Below, piece after piece: positions 1 to 6,974 of a DNA stretch of 30,713 nucleotides. A program made the translations under genes and the position numbers. Below the pieces are notes generated by a model. That model ran no database searches. It was given only the letters and a program-made list of their open reading frames with translations, and was not told the DNA's origin. Location: positions 1-30,713 of IMG/VR virus record IMGVR_UViG_3300025012_000235. One strand, written 5' to 3'. Within the stretch, counting starts at the first letter, position 1. Each line of letters opens with the position of its first letter. Source of the stretch: a virus (taxonomy: Duplodnaviria; Caudoviricetes).

Positions 1-100
1 TGCTGGAGAGCGTCGAATCGGAGCGCCGTAGCGCCTCGGCCAGCTCACGAGCTAGAAGCTCTAGCTCCGCAATGCGTCCGATCTCCTCGTATCTCCTCAT
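1..100 (-). CDS. hypothetical protein, runs off the window edge (MRRYEEIGRIAELELLARELAEAL...)
   Basis: ATG at 100 preceded by GGAGGGGAG; frame open to the window end. Confidence 0.5.
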   Translation of the reverse strand, partial: MRRYEEIGRIAELELLARELAEALRRSDSTLSS

Positions 101-172
101 GTCTCCCCTCCCATACCCGTAACGCTCCCAATACCGGGCTTTGATGTAGTCGTTACTCATGACCAGCCGCCT

Positions 173-322
173 TCATGGATCACCAGTGGCGCACGAAGCT
201 TGTTCCGCGGCAGGCCAAGAGGAATAAACACGCTTGCCCGCACAGCGCAGACGATCATGTTCTAGCCTTGGTCGGCGCCGCCGGAAGATGACGCTCACTT
301 CACCCTCCTGAACCTGACTCAT
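173..322 (-). CDS. small hypothetical protein, possibly truncated (..CAGKRVYSSWPAAEQA..)
   Basis: 49-aa ORF translated by hand; ATGA overlap with the upstream stop. Confidence 0.35.
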   Translation of the reverse strand: MSQVQEGEVSVIFRRRRPRLEHDRLRCAGKRVYSSWPAAEQASCATGDP

Positions 323-933
323 GGTTTACACGACCATGGCGACCACCCGGAGTTGTCAACCCAAATCTCGTAGGCAACGGCGATGTTGCGCTCGGCATCG
401 AAGGCATCGGCCCAAGTCCAACCACGACGGAGGAACCGCCATTCGTGCCATCGCCGCGAGATTTGGAAGAGGCCAGCATGATCTCCGTTGCTAGCTGATG
501 GATTGCCGCCGGACTCCCCATTAGGACAGCCGACCGGTGCCCTCTCGTTCGGCGGCGTCGGGCCGTAGACCACGGCAAGCGCCTCGCCACAGGGCCATGA
601 GTACGAACAGATAAGCGCCTCGACCTCAGCAGCAGACGGCCATACCCACGCCGGCGCATCAGGCTCAGGAGCAGGAATAGGCTCAGGAGCAGCGGGGACA
701 GCATCTACGGCTACCTGAGGGAGCCGGGGCGCGGCAGAAACGCCTCCGCCTTCATCGCTCTGGCCTTCCAGCGCCGAGCCTCTGCCATCCACAGCCATTG
801 ACTGATCAGGCCCAGAATTATCGCCACCATCAAGAGCACTATCGCGATTGTTTCCATCGAACCTCCCTACGAACACTAGGACCAGGAGCGCAATCGTGAC
901 GAGGGCCGTGCGCGCCTGGCCTCCGTAACCTAT
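319..933 (-). CDS. SLT/lysozyme-like transglycosylase with N-terminal anchor and Pro/Ala linker
   Basis: C-terminal motifs ESGGNPSA, GLFQI, FDAERNIAVAYEIW..SGWSPWSC; frame is open upstream of GTG 876 through a hydrophobic stretch to ATA 933 with AAAGGA RBS; start uncertain. Confidence 0.75.
   Translation of the reverse strand: MGYGGQARTALVTIALLVLVFVGRFDGNNRDSALDGGDNSGPDQSMAVDGRGSALEGQSDEGGGVSAAPRLPQVAVDAVPAAPEPIPAPEPDAPAWVWPSAAEVEALICSYSWPCGEALAVVYGPTPPNERAPVGCPNGESGGNPSASNGDHAGLFQISRRWHEWRFLRRGWTWADAFDAERNIAVAYEIWVDNSGWSPWSCKP
711..857 (-). CDS. 48-aa single-pass membrane peptide nested in the +1 frame of the SLT gene (METIAIVLLMVAIILGLISQWLWMAEARRWKARAMKAEAFLPRPGSLR)
   Basis: GGGAGG RBS directly upstream of ATG 857; ~20-aa hydrophobic helix followed by a basic tail; TAG at 711-713. 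Confidence 0.55.
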   Translation of the reverse strand: METIAIVLLMVAIILGLISQWLWMAEARRWKARAMKAEAFLPRPGSLR

Positions 934-1541
934 GCCGAAGTCCTTTCAAACAGAGCCTCTGCCATCTCGTTGAACTGCGCTTTGGCGGCCTCGGCGGCGG
1001 CCCTGGCGGCCCTGGCGGCCGAGGCGGCCTCGGCGGCGGCCCAGGCGGCCCAGGCGGCCCAGGCGGCCTCGGCGGCGGCCCTGGCGGCCTCGGCGGCGGA
1101 CGTGGCAGCGGCATCTAACTCTTCAACGCTCGCCTCGCCGTTGGCAAAGCGGCGTGCGGTGGCTATCGCGGCGAGACTGCGCGGGTCGGGCTTCGCGCCC
1201 CGCGTCCTCACGATCTCCACCGCGCTCTCGGCGCAATCACAGGCGAACAGCCGCAACTCGCGCTCGATGTTGATGGCCCGCACAAGCCGCCTTGTCCGGC
1301 TCACCGCCTTGTCTTTGTCTCGCTTCACGGGCTCCGAAATTTCGACTAGGCACAGCATCGAGCCCGGCGCGTACTGCAATGCGTCCCAGGGCGTTGGGCT
1401 CGAATGGTAGCCGCGATCACAGAGCTTGAGCCGCCCCGTGATCGTGCGCTCCTCCCCCTCCGTCCAGGCAGGCTCAGCACCCGAACCAGACCTCATGTCG
1501 TCGCGCAGGAAATGCCATGCGCGTATCATCTCAGCCATCAC
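930..1541 (-). CDS. phage hypothetical protein with Ala-rich AAWAA repeat tail
   Basis: LCDRGYHSSPTPWDALQYA, LRLFACDCAE and DPRSLAAIATARRFANGEA match a common phage family; RBS AAAGGAG. Confidence 0.8.
   Translation of the reverse strand: MMAEMIRAWHFLRDDMRSGSGAEPAWTEGEERTITGRLKLCDRGYHSSPTPWDALQYAPGSMLCLVEISEPVKRDKDKAVSRTRRLVRAINIERELRLFACDCAESAVEIVRTRGAKPDPRSLAAIATARRFANGEASVEELDAAATSAAEAARAAAEAAWAAWAAWAAAEAASAARAARAAAEAAKAQFNEMAEALFERTSA
983..1099. repeat. coding 9-bp GC-rich tandem repeats (ggcggcc(t/c)..) encoding AAEAA/AAWAA/AARAA
   Basis: direct inspection. Confidence 0.8.
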
Positions 1542-1883
1542 TCACTCCTTTCCTGGACCGTCCTCAACGCTTCCGAATCGCTGCCGAGTTCGCTCTTTGA
1601 CGCGAGCCATGGCAGCATCGAAAGCATCAAGGTCGGCGTCCGACACCAACCGAATCGCCACCCCGGTCTCTGGGTGCATCTCAATCAGCACCTCGAACGC
1701 CCGCCGATGCTCCAACTCCCACCGCGCATAGGTCCGCACGTTCGTGTGAGCCACGGGGTCAACCGAGAGGCTTTGAAGGCTGTCATTGGCCCACTCCGCG
1801 AATTCGAGCTGCCACTCGCGAGGTATTTGCGCCCGCTGCTGACTTGCCGCGATTTGTTCCGTTTGCGTTGCCGCCACAACCAT
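1542..1883 (-). CDS. hypothetical protein downstream of the initiator
   Basis: GGAGGG before ATG 1883; overlaps the last ~100 nt of the initiator; abuts the next gene. Confidence 0.65.
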   Translation of the reverse strand: MVVAATQTEQIAASQQRAQIPREWQLEFAEWANDSLQSLSVDPVAHTNVRTYARWELEHRRAFEVLIEMHPETGVAIRLVSDADLDAFDAAMARVKERTRQRFGSVEDGPGKE

Positions 1884-2592
1884 CCCTCCTGTGCGCTTCA
1901 AGACGCGCCTTCACCCACAAAACACTCCGCGGCCGAGGCTGTGCTAAGGCCGCAGCTTTGAAGCAATGCTCAACACAGTCCGGCGGATGCTCCTGCTCAA
2001 GAGCAAGCAATTCCTCCCTGAGCATCCCGTTCAAGCCGCCACTAAACGCTTGTTCGTAAAGGCTGAAAATGTTCGGGCGCAGCTGCTGCTGCTCAAGATC
2101 ACTAGAAGGCAAAGAGGGCAAAGAAGGCAAAGAGGGAAAAGAAGGCTCAGAGAGCAAGGCGACATTTAATGACTTGTCAGTACAAGTCTCTACATGTAAT
2201 GACTTGTCAGTACAAGTCTCTCCATGTAATGACATTCCCGGTATTGTCGCGATTACGGCCTCTGGAGGGCTGGGGAGTGTGCTCGTCGCCTCGTGCGGAT
2301 GAATGTGCTGGTTCCTCTGGAATGTCGGAATCCAGATACACCGCACCCCCTCAACCTCGTAGCGGCGGACGAAGTGCTTGGCTTCTAGGGCCGCCAGCAA
2401 TCCCTCGATGTCGATCCCGCGCTTGTCATACTGGAAGGCATACGCCTTGATTCGAGACGGTCTGTCCTCTAGTCGACCTTCACGGTCCGCGAGCTGCCAC
2501 AGGGCGATATAGAGCAGGCGGGCCGCCATTGGTAAAGCGCCAAGGTCTTCATTACTGAAAAAGCTGGGCTTGATGTCGCGAGTCCTAGCCAT
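1783..2592 (-). CDS. phage replication initiator (N-terminal winged helix, C-terminal DnaD/DnaB_2-like domain)
   Basis: MARTRDIKPSFFSNEDL..ARLLYIALWQLADREGRL N-terminus; RPNIFSLYEQ..EELLALEQEHPPDCVEHCFKAA C-terminus; internal iteron-like repeats. Confidence 0.85.
   Translation of the reverse strand: MARTRDIKPSFFSNEDLGALPMAARLLYIALWQLADREGRLEDRPSRIKAYAFQYDKRGIDIEGLLAALEAKHFVRRYEVEGVRCIWIPTFQRNQHIHPHEATSTLPSPPEAVIATIPGMSLHGETCTDKSLHVETCTDKSLNVALLSEPSFPSLPSLPSLPSSDLEQQQLRPNIFSLYEQAFSGGLNGMLREELLALEQEHPPDCVEHCFKAAALAQPRPRSVLWVKARLEAHRRDGCGGNANGTNRGKSAAGANTSRVAARIRGVGQ
2103..2146. repeat. purine-rich 9-bp tandem repeats (gaaggcaaa/gagggcaaa) encoding PSFPSLPSLPSLPS
   Basis: direct inspection. 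Confidence 0.8.
2167..2234. repeat. two 30-bp tandem repeats plus a partial third; candidate replication-origin iterons
   Basis: taatgacttgtcagtacaagtctct(a/c)catg twice, each with the internal dyad gacttgt-N4-acaagtc; located inside the initiator gene. Confidence 0.75.
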
Positions 2593-3010
2593 GCTTCGCC
2601 TCTCGCCGGCGCAGAGTTTCCCGTGCTTGAGCACGAGTCAGGTCAGGATGCTCGGACCAAAAGTCGTCTACCCGAGCCTCCCACTCTTGGATGTCTTGTA
2701 GGACGCCAGCCGCCTCCGGGCTTCCCGTTGGAGCACCATGATTACGAGCGCTAGGTCTTCGTCCGGAATGTTGGGCGGATACAACATATGAAGGGTCTTG
2801 CTGTCGCGCCTGAACGCGATGGAGAAACTCGTCCACCCCAGGTCCGGGTCGGTCGGCCTCAAGAGCTGATAAGGGGGCGTGGCCATCAAGTTCTCTCCTT
2901 TCGTACAGCTCAATCCCAGCCTTCTGGCGTGCTTCGGCCCACCAACCCACCTGATCTGAACAGCGCCAGCACAGCGCGGAATCGATGTGGTCATTGATGC
3001 AGGGCCTCAC
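2585..3010 (-). CDS. hypothetical protein (outer gene of a nested pair)
   Basis: GTGA coupling at 3007-3010; protein-like N-terminus (CWRC) and C-terminus (EWEARVDDFWSEHPDLTRAQA); its stop overlaps the initiator start. Confidence 0.55.
   Translation of the reverse strand: MRPCINDHIDSALCWRCSDQVGWWAEARQKAGIELYERRELDGHAPLSALEADRPGPGVDEFLHRVQARQQDPSYVVSAQHSGRRPSARNHGAPTGSPEAAGVLQDIQEWEARVDDFWSEHPDLTRAQARETLRRREAKHG
2668..2886 (-). CDS. 72-aa hypothetical protein nested in the +1 frame (MATPPYQLLRPTDPDLGWTSFSIAF...)
   Basis: AAGGAG RBS upstream of ATG 2886; globular-looking composition. Confidence 0.55.
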   Translation of the reverse strand: MATPPYQLLRPTDPDLGWTSFSIAFRRDSKTLHMLYPPNIPDEDLALVIMVLQREARRRLASYKTSKSGRLG

Positions 3011-3177
3011 TCCTGTACCTCGATCTTTCCTTCGCACTCCCGGCAATAGAGCCTGGGAAGGTAATCCACCGTCACCCCTTGACGGTGGGCTTGCTCTAAA
3101 GCCTTGCCCTCTAAGACCGCTGCCGGCTTACCACAGCCAGGACGCATACAGAGCCGGTGAAGGACAGGTGCCTTCAT
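3007..3177 (-). CDS. 56-aa zinc-finger microprotein (CMRPGC...CREC)
   Basis: translated by hand; ATGA and GTGA couplings at both ends; absent from the ORF track. Confidence 0.7.
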   Translation of the reverse strand: MKAPVLHRLCMRPGCGKPAAVLEGKALEQAHRQGVTVDYLPRLYCRECEGKIEVQE

Positions 3178-4313
3178 GCCGGCGCCTCATCCCAAGTACG
3201 GCCGTCCAGGAGCCGCCCACCGGAGGTCGGCCGAGGACCGGCCCATTGCTTCCAGAAAAAGGGCACCCCGGCTGCGACGCACTGGTCGCGCAGAGAGCGC
3301 ACCCAGGCCAGGGCTTCGGGCTTGGGTATCCACGCCGCGGGAGAAGCGTCCTCGGACTCGCTCCCACAAGGACAGGAATAGTGGCCAAAATGACCGTGAC
3401 ACCCACATATGCAGCGCTCGACCAGCGCCCGCTCCGCAGGACCAGCGGACTCGCCGCCAGCAATCACCCAATCGATGCCATGTTTGAGGCGGCGCACGAA
3501 GCCCATTGAGTCCATGTGTTCGCGGGCTAACGCATCGATCTCCTCTTGGAACTCACCGAGGGGTTTCAGCCACGCATCGGGCGGCGGCTTAGGCAACTTA
3601 ATCCGCGTCAGGTCTAGCGGCCCCAACAGCGGCTCGCAGGAGAGGAAACGGACGGCTGCCGGCGTGGCCAACAGGATCGGTATGCGCTCGTCGGCCCAGT
3701 GCTGGTTCTCGACGGACACGCCGAGCCAGACGTTATCGAGCGGCCACGGCAGCCATTCACTCTTTGCCCGCGCTTCGCCACCTAATCGCCCCAACTTCGC
3801 AAAGTGAAAATCTATTGGTGCCCGGGCCATCCCTTTTGCGGCGTCAGTCACCTTCACGTCACGGTATTGCCCCGCCGCAAAGTACTCCCGCATCCGCTCC
3901 GGCCTCTTGGTGAGCACCTGAAACGTGAGCCGCGGCTGCAAGGCCATCGTGGCGAAGATGCGGTCAAGCCATTCGTCTTTCACCCACTCGGCAAACAGGT
4001 CCGTCATGTCGCACAGGAATAACTTTGCGGGGCTGCCTCGATAGAGAAGAATCTTCTCCAGCACCTTTTCATCCAGGTAAGGCTCTACCAGCTCCCGGTT
4101 CCCGGGCAGGAAGGCTACCCCTGTCCCGTAGCGGTGCTCGTTCCACTCGGACGCATAGCAGTGAGCACAGCCGGGCGACACCTTCTCGCAGAAGTGGCCT
4201 ACCTTGCCGGTCTCACGGTTGCGGGCACGGAGAGGATTCGCCGAGAAGTCGGTCCAGCCGATTGGGGTCTTGTTCACGTCAGCACCGTAGAGGGGAGGTA
4301 CAGCCACACTCAC
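3174..4313 (-). CDS. DUF5131 / phage Gp37-Gp68 family protein
   Basis: IGWTD, CEKVSPGCAHCYA, DMTDLF, FQVLTKRPERM, NVWLGVSVENQ, RFLSCEPLLGP, IDWVIAGGES, VPFFWKQW. Confidence 0.95.
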   Translation of the reverse strand: MSVAVPPLYGADVNKTPIGWTDFSANPLRARNRETGKVGHFCEKVSPGCAHCYASEWNEHRYGTGVAFLPGNRELVEPYLDEKVLEKILLYRGSPAKLFLCDMTDLFAEWVKDEWLDRIFATMALQPRLTFQVLTKRPERMREYFAAGQYRDVKVTDAAKGMARAPIDFHFAKLGRLGGEARAKSEWLPWPLDNVWLGVSVENQHWADERIPILLATPAAVRFLSCEPLLGPLDLTRIKLPKPPPDAWLKPLGEFQEEIDALAREHMDSMGFVRRLKHGIDWVIAGGESAGPAERALVERCICGCHGHFGHYSCPCGSESEDASPAAWIPKPEALAWVRSLRDQCVAAGVPFFWKQWAGPRPTSGGRLLDGRTWDEAPA

Positions 4314-6337
4314 AGCACCTCCATGCAGCCGTTCAGCAGCGGCGCGGCGGCGATGATGCGCTTCCGCGCCATCTCGACGTAGGCCGGGTTCAGCTCGATA
4401 CCGATGGCGCTGCGCTCCATGCGGATGGCCGCAAGCAAGGTCGTCCCTGAGCCCGCGAACGGGTCCAGCACGGTTGCCGGGACTATCTCGGCCTCATGCT
4501 TGCAGGACGGGCGCCAGCTATCCGTAGCGCGAGTGGTTGGTTGCCAGCCGGTGCTATCTGTCTTGGTTGGGCTATTCAGGGGGACGTGTGCAGGTTCGCG
4601 GCCGTTAATGTGGCCGGTGCGTTCCACCACCCGCACCCAGGGCGCGCCACAGGCCGCACAGACGCCCTTAGCGGACGTCCCCAGGCTGATGCACCGGCGC
4701 GGCAGCTCGCTAGGAAAAGTTGCGAAGTGGGCGTCACGGAAGGGCTCAGGCGGGATGATCCAGTAGTTCCAGAGGTTTCGGCCGGTGGGGGCGCTGCCGT
4801 TCGCTTCGGCTTCGTCCCACCGCTCGTTAAAGCCTGCGTGACGGCGCCTATGGCCCTCCTGTTTTGCGGGACGAATCCCGTTGCGCTCGGCGGTTGGCAT
4901 GGACTTATGGGATTCAATGGCCCGCGCCCTGCGCGCCGCCGCTTGATCTCGCTCGGGCGCGGCAAACGCCACCCGCTCAGCGTCGAGGTCGTAGAAGTAG
5001 CGGCTGGACCGCGTGAGCAGGTATATCTTCTCGGTGGCGCTCGTCGGGCGGCCGGCGGAGATACGGAGAATGAAGCCATCGTTAACAGCGCATTTAGCGC
5101 AGCCGGGACACTCTACAAGAGAAGGAGTATTCGGTCGTTCTTCCGCGAGTTGCAGGGCTGGCAGGCCGCCACGACGTTGCTCATCGTGTGCGGTCCGTCC
5201 TTGCTCAGTGGTATTACGTGATCCATCGTCAGTTTCGCTGGCTGTTTGCAATAGAAACAGCGGCCCTTGCTCAGACGTAGGATCTCCCGCCATTCCTGCG
5301 TCGTCAGACACCCAGGACTCTGCGCCTTCCGCGCCCTGCGACGTTCGGACATGGCCGCGTGAACCGCTCTGCCCTTGGGTGTCTGACGATAGCGACGATC
5401 TATCTCGTGCTTGCGTAAGCGCCATTGCGGATTCGTCTTGCGGCGCTGATGCGCTGCGGCGGCGGACGCCTTCGCGCTGGGACTGTTCCGCCACTGGAGC
5501 AGCCACCGCGCCCTCGCCGCCCGTGCCTTCGGAGTCGCTGTGTATTTGGCTTTGTTGCGCCGGCCGGATGGGGATCGACTCGCCAACCGCCTCTTTTCCT
5601 TTATATCCGGGCGCTGTTCCCGTGCTTTGGTAGTGATCTGCCCCTTGAGGCTGGCCTGATATTTCTGGCGCGCTATTTGGTAGGCTGCCGTTTGTCGATA
5701 TTCCTTCGCCTTGCGATTCCGACAGGTTGGACAGCGCGGGTCGTGAGCCTTCGTCGGCTCGAATAAAGCTTGGCAATCGGGACAGCTTTTCATACTCTTT
5801 AATTGTAATCCAATGCCTCTCCCATCGCGAGCCTTGCACACTCTCCGGCATCGGAGAGGGCTTGCACCAGGTAATCTCGCTGCGTATCCACCAGCCATCA
5901 GCTTGCAGCGCCAGGGCCACACGCGCCGGCATCATCATGAGGTCCTTCGCCTTCAGGCCCGTCTGGGCCAGCCGGTTGCTTGCGGGCCCATCCGCGCCCG
6001 CACGGCGGAGAGAGCCGATATTGCCCATCTGAATCGGCCCACCCTTGTAGCCTCGCTCGCCATCACGGTGATAGCCGCCACGATTGCGGCTGTGATACCC
6101 GTCCCCAAGGTTCACCCAGAATGTGCCGTCACGCCTGAGCACCCGCCTGACCTCGGCAAACACGGCCACCATCTTGGCGACGTACTCGTCTATCGAGCGC
6201 TCTACGCCGATCTGCCCTTCGACGCCGTAGTTGCGCTGGCCGAAGTAGGGCGGCGAAGTCACCACGCAATGCACGCTCTCGCTCGGCAGCTCGGCCAGCC
6301 GCTCGAGCACGTCGCCCTGCCTCATCTCCCAGCTCAC
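4310..6337 (-). CDS. DNA amino-methyltransferase (N6_N4_Mtase, beta class, probably m4C) with a large in-frame insertion
   Basis: VVTSPPY near the N-terminus, HFATFP, VLDPFAGSGTT and IGIELNPAY at the C-terminus; the usual PMPESV-x-x-RPT motif is split by ~270 aa; start probably GTG 6337. Confidence 0.92.
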   Translation of the reverse strand: MSWEMRQGDVLERLAELPSESVHCVVTSPPYFGQRNYGVEGQIGVERSIDEYVAKMVAVFAEVRRVLRRDGTFWVNLGDGYHSRNRGGYHRDGERGYKGGPIQMGNIGSLRRAGADGPASNRLAQTGLKAKDLMMMPARVALALQADGWWIRSEITWCKPSPMPESVQGSRWERHWITIKEYEKLSRLPSFIRADEGSRPALSNLSESQGEGISTNGSLPNSAPEISGQPQGADHYQSTGTAPGYKGKEAVGESIPIRPAQQSQIHSDSEGTGGEGAVAAPVAEQSQREGVRRRSASAPQDESAMALTQARDRSSLSSDTQGQSGSRGHVRTSQGAEGAESWVSDDAGMAGDPTSEQGPLFLLQTASETDDGSRNTTEQGRTAHDEQRRGGLPALQLAEERPNTPSLVECPGCAKCAVNDGFILRISAGRPTSATEKIYLLTRSSRYFYDLDAERVAFAAPERDQAAARRARAIESHKSMPTAERNGIRPAKQEGHRRRHAGFNERWDEAEANGSAPTGRNLWNYWIIPPEPFRDAHFATFPSELPRRCISLGTSAKGVCAACGAPWVRVVERTGHINGREPAHVPLNSPTKTDSTGWQPTTRATDSWRPSCKHEAEIVPATVLDPFAGSGTTLLAAIRMERSAIGIELNPAYVEMARKRIIAAAPLLNGCMEVL
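5113..5793 (-). CDS. HNH endonuclease (226 aa) nested in the +1 frame inside the methyltransferase
   Basis: MKSCPDC..CPTC zinc ribbon, Arg/Lys-rich helices, CFYC..TMDHVIPLSKDGPHTMSNVVAACQPCNSRK. Confidence 0.92.
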   Translation of the reverse strand: MKSCPDCQALFEPTKAHDPRCPTCRNRKAKEYRQTAAYQIARQKYQASLKGQITTKAREQRPDIKEKRRLASRSPSGRRNKAKYTATPKARAARARWLLQWRNSPSAKASAAAAHQRRKTNPQWRLRKHEIDRRYRQTPKGRAVHAAMSERRRARKAQSPGCLTTQEWREILRLSKGRCFYCKQPAKLTMDHVIPLSKDGPHTMSNVVAACQPCNSRKNDRILLLL

Positions 6338-6401
6338 GCCGGACACTCCGTGCGACCGGCGCTGACGCCAACCAACGTCTCAGGGATCAGTCTTGCCTTG
6401 T

Positions 6402-6812
6402 TCATGTCGCCTTCACCTTTCCGCCCTCGGACAGCACCGCCTTGATCTCCTCAAAGTCGTCAGGCAGCAGCCAGGCGTAGTACTCAACCCCTGCCGTGAA
6501 GCAGCGGTGCGCCATCTCTACCTGAAGGGGCTTTAGGTTCTCGGCCTTGCCGTCTTTGCTGCGGCCCTTTAGCTCCGCAAAGATCACCCGCTCTCGGAAT
6601 AGCACCAGGTCCGGCCACCCGGCCGGCGAGCGCTGCGCGTAATAAAGGTGGAAGGGCCACCATCCGAGCACCTGGGCAAGCTCGATGATCTGCGCCTGCC
6701 ACTTAAGCTCGCTTTGATAGCGCACGCGCTCTTTCTCTCCCCATGCCTTACGGGCAATGGGCTTACGTCGGGCGAGGCCGTTCCAACTCTGTGCCTGGCG
6801 GGGTACGGGCAC
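6402..6812 (-). CDS. VRR-NUC / PD-(D/E)XK nuclease
   Basis: SELKWQAQIIELA..GW, RSPAGWPDLVL, FAELK, LKPLQ; AAGGAG RBS. Confidence 0.88.
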   Translation of the reverse strand: MPVPRQAQSWNGLARRKPIARKAWGEKERVRYQSELKWQAQIIELAQVLGWWPFHLYYAQRSPAGWPDLVLFRERVIFAELKGRSKDGKAENLKPLQVEMAHRCFTAGVEYYAWLLPDDFEEIKAVLSEGGKVKAT

Positions 6813-6824
6813 TGGTTCTCCTTC

Positions 6825-6974
6825 TCAGGTCTGCTTCCGGGCCTTCGCCCTCTCTATGCAATCAGGGCACACCAACCAGCGGACATAGGGCAGCCTGCGC
6901 TCGGTAGGCTGGCGGCATAGGTCACAGAGGGCACTGGCCTTCGGCTCGATCAGCGGGAGCTGGAGCGCGGTCAT
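6825..6974 (-). CDS. 49-aa zinc-finger microprotein (MTALQLPLIEP..CDLC..CPDC)
   Basis: translated by hand; ATGA coupling. Confidence 0.7.
   Translation of the reverse strand: MTALQLPLIEPKASALCDLCRQPTERRLPYVRWLVCPDCIERAKARKQT

Noticed and set aside
983-1099. Repeat array as CRISPR, or a Pro-rich protein (839-1114)
   Set aside because: No unique spacers; the repeats encode the Ala-rich tail, and the Pro-rich ORF is its shadow.
2167-2234. Palindromic 30-bp repeats as a mini-CRISPR
   Set aside because: They are directly tandem without spacers and in frame within the initiator.
3066-3088. 9-bp hairpin as a terminator or ncRNA
   Set aside because: It lies inside the coupled 56-aa ORF 3007-3177 and has no U-tract.
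5050-5850. Intein or group I/II intron as the explanation of the methylase insert
   Set aside because: No C/S...HN-C/S/T intein termini; the HNH is out of frame with the host; both flanks code for protein-like arms, leaving no room for ribozyme structure.
5794-5922. Longer HNH start given in the ORF track (5922)
   Set aside because: The extension is the shadow of conserved methylase codons; ATG 5793 directly precedes the first CxxC.
6334-6405. 23-aa ORF between the VRR-NUC gene and the methylase
   Set aside because: Coupled at both ends but too short and featureless to call; possibly a remnant that preserves coupling.
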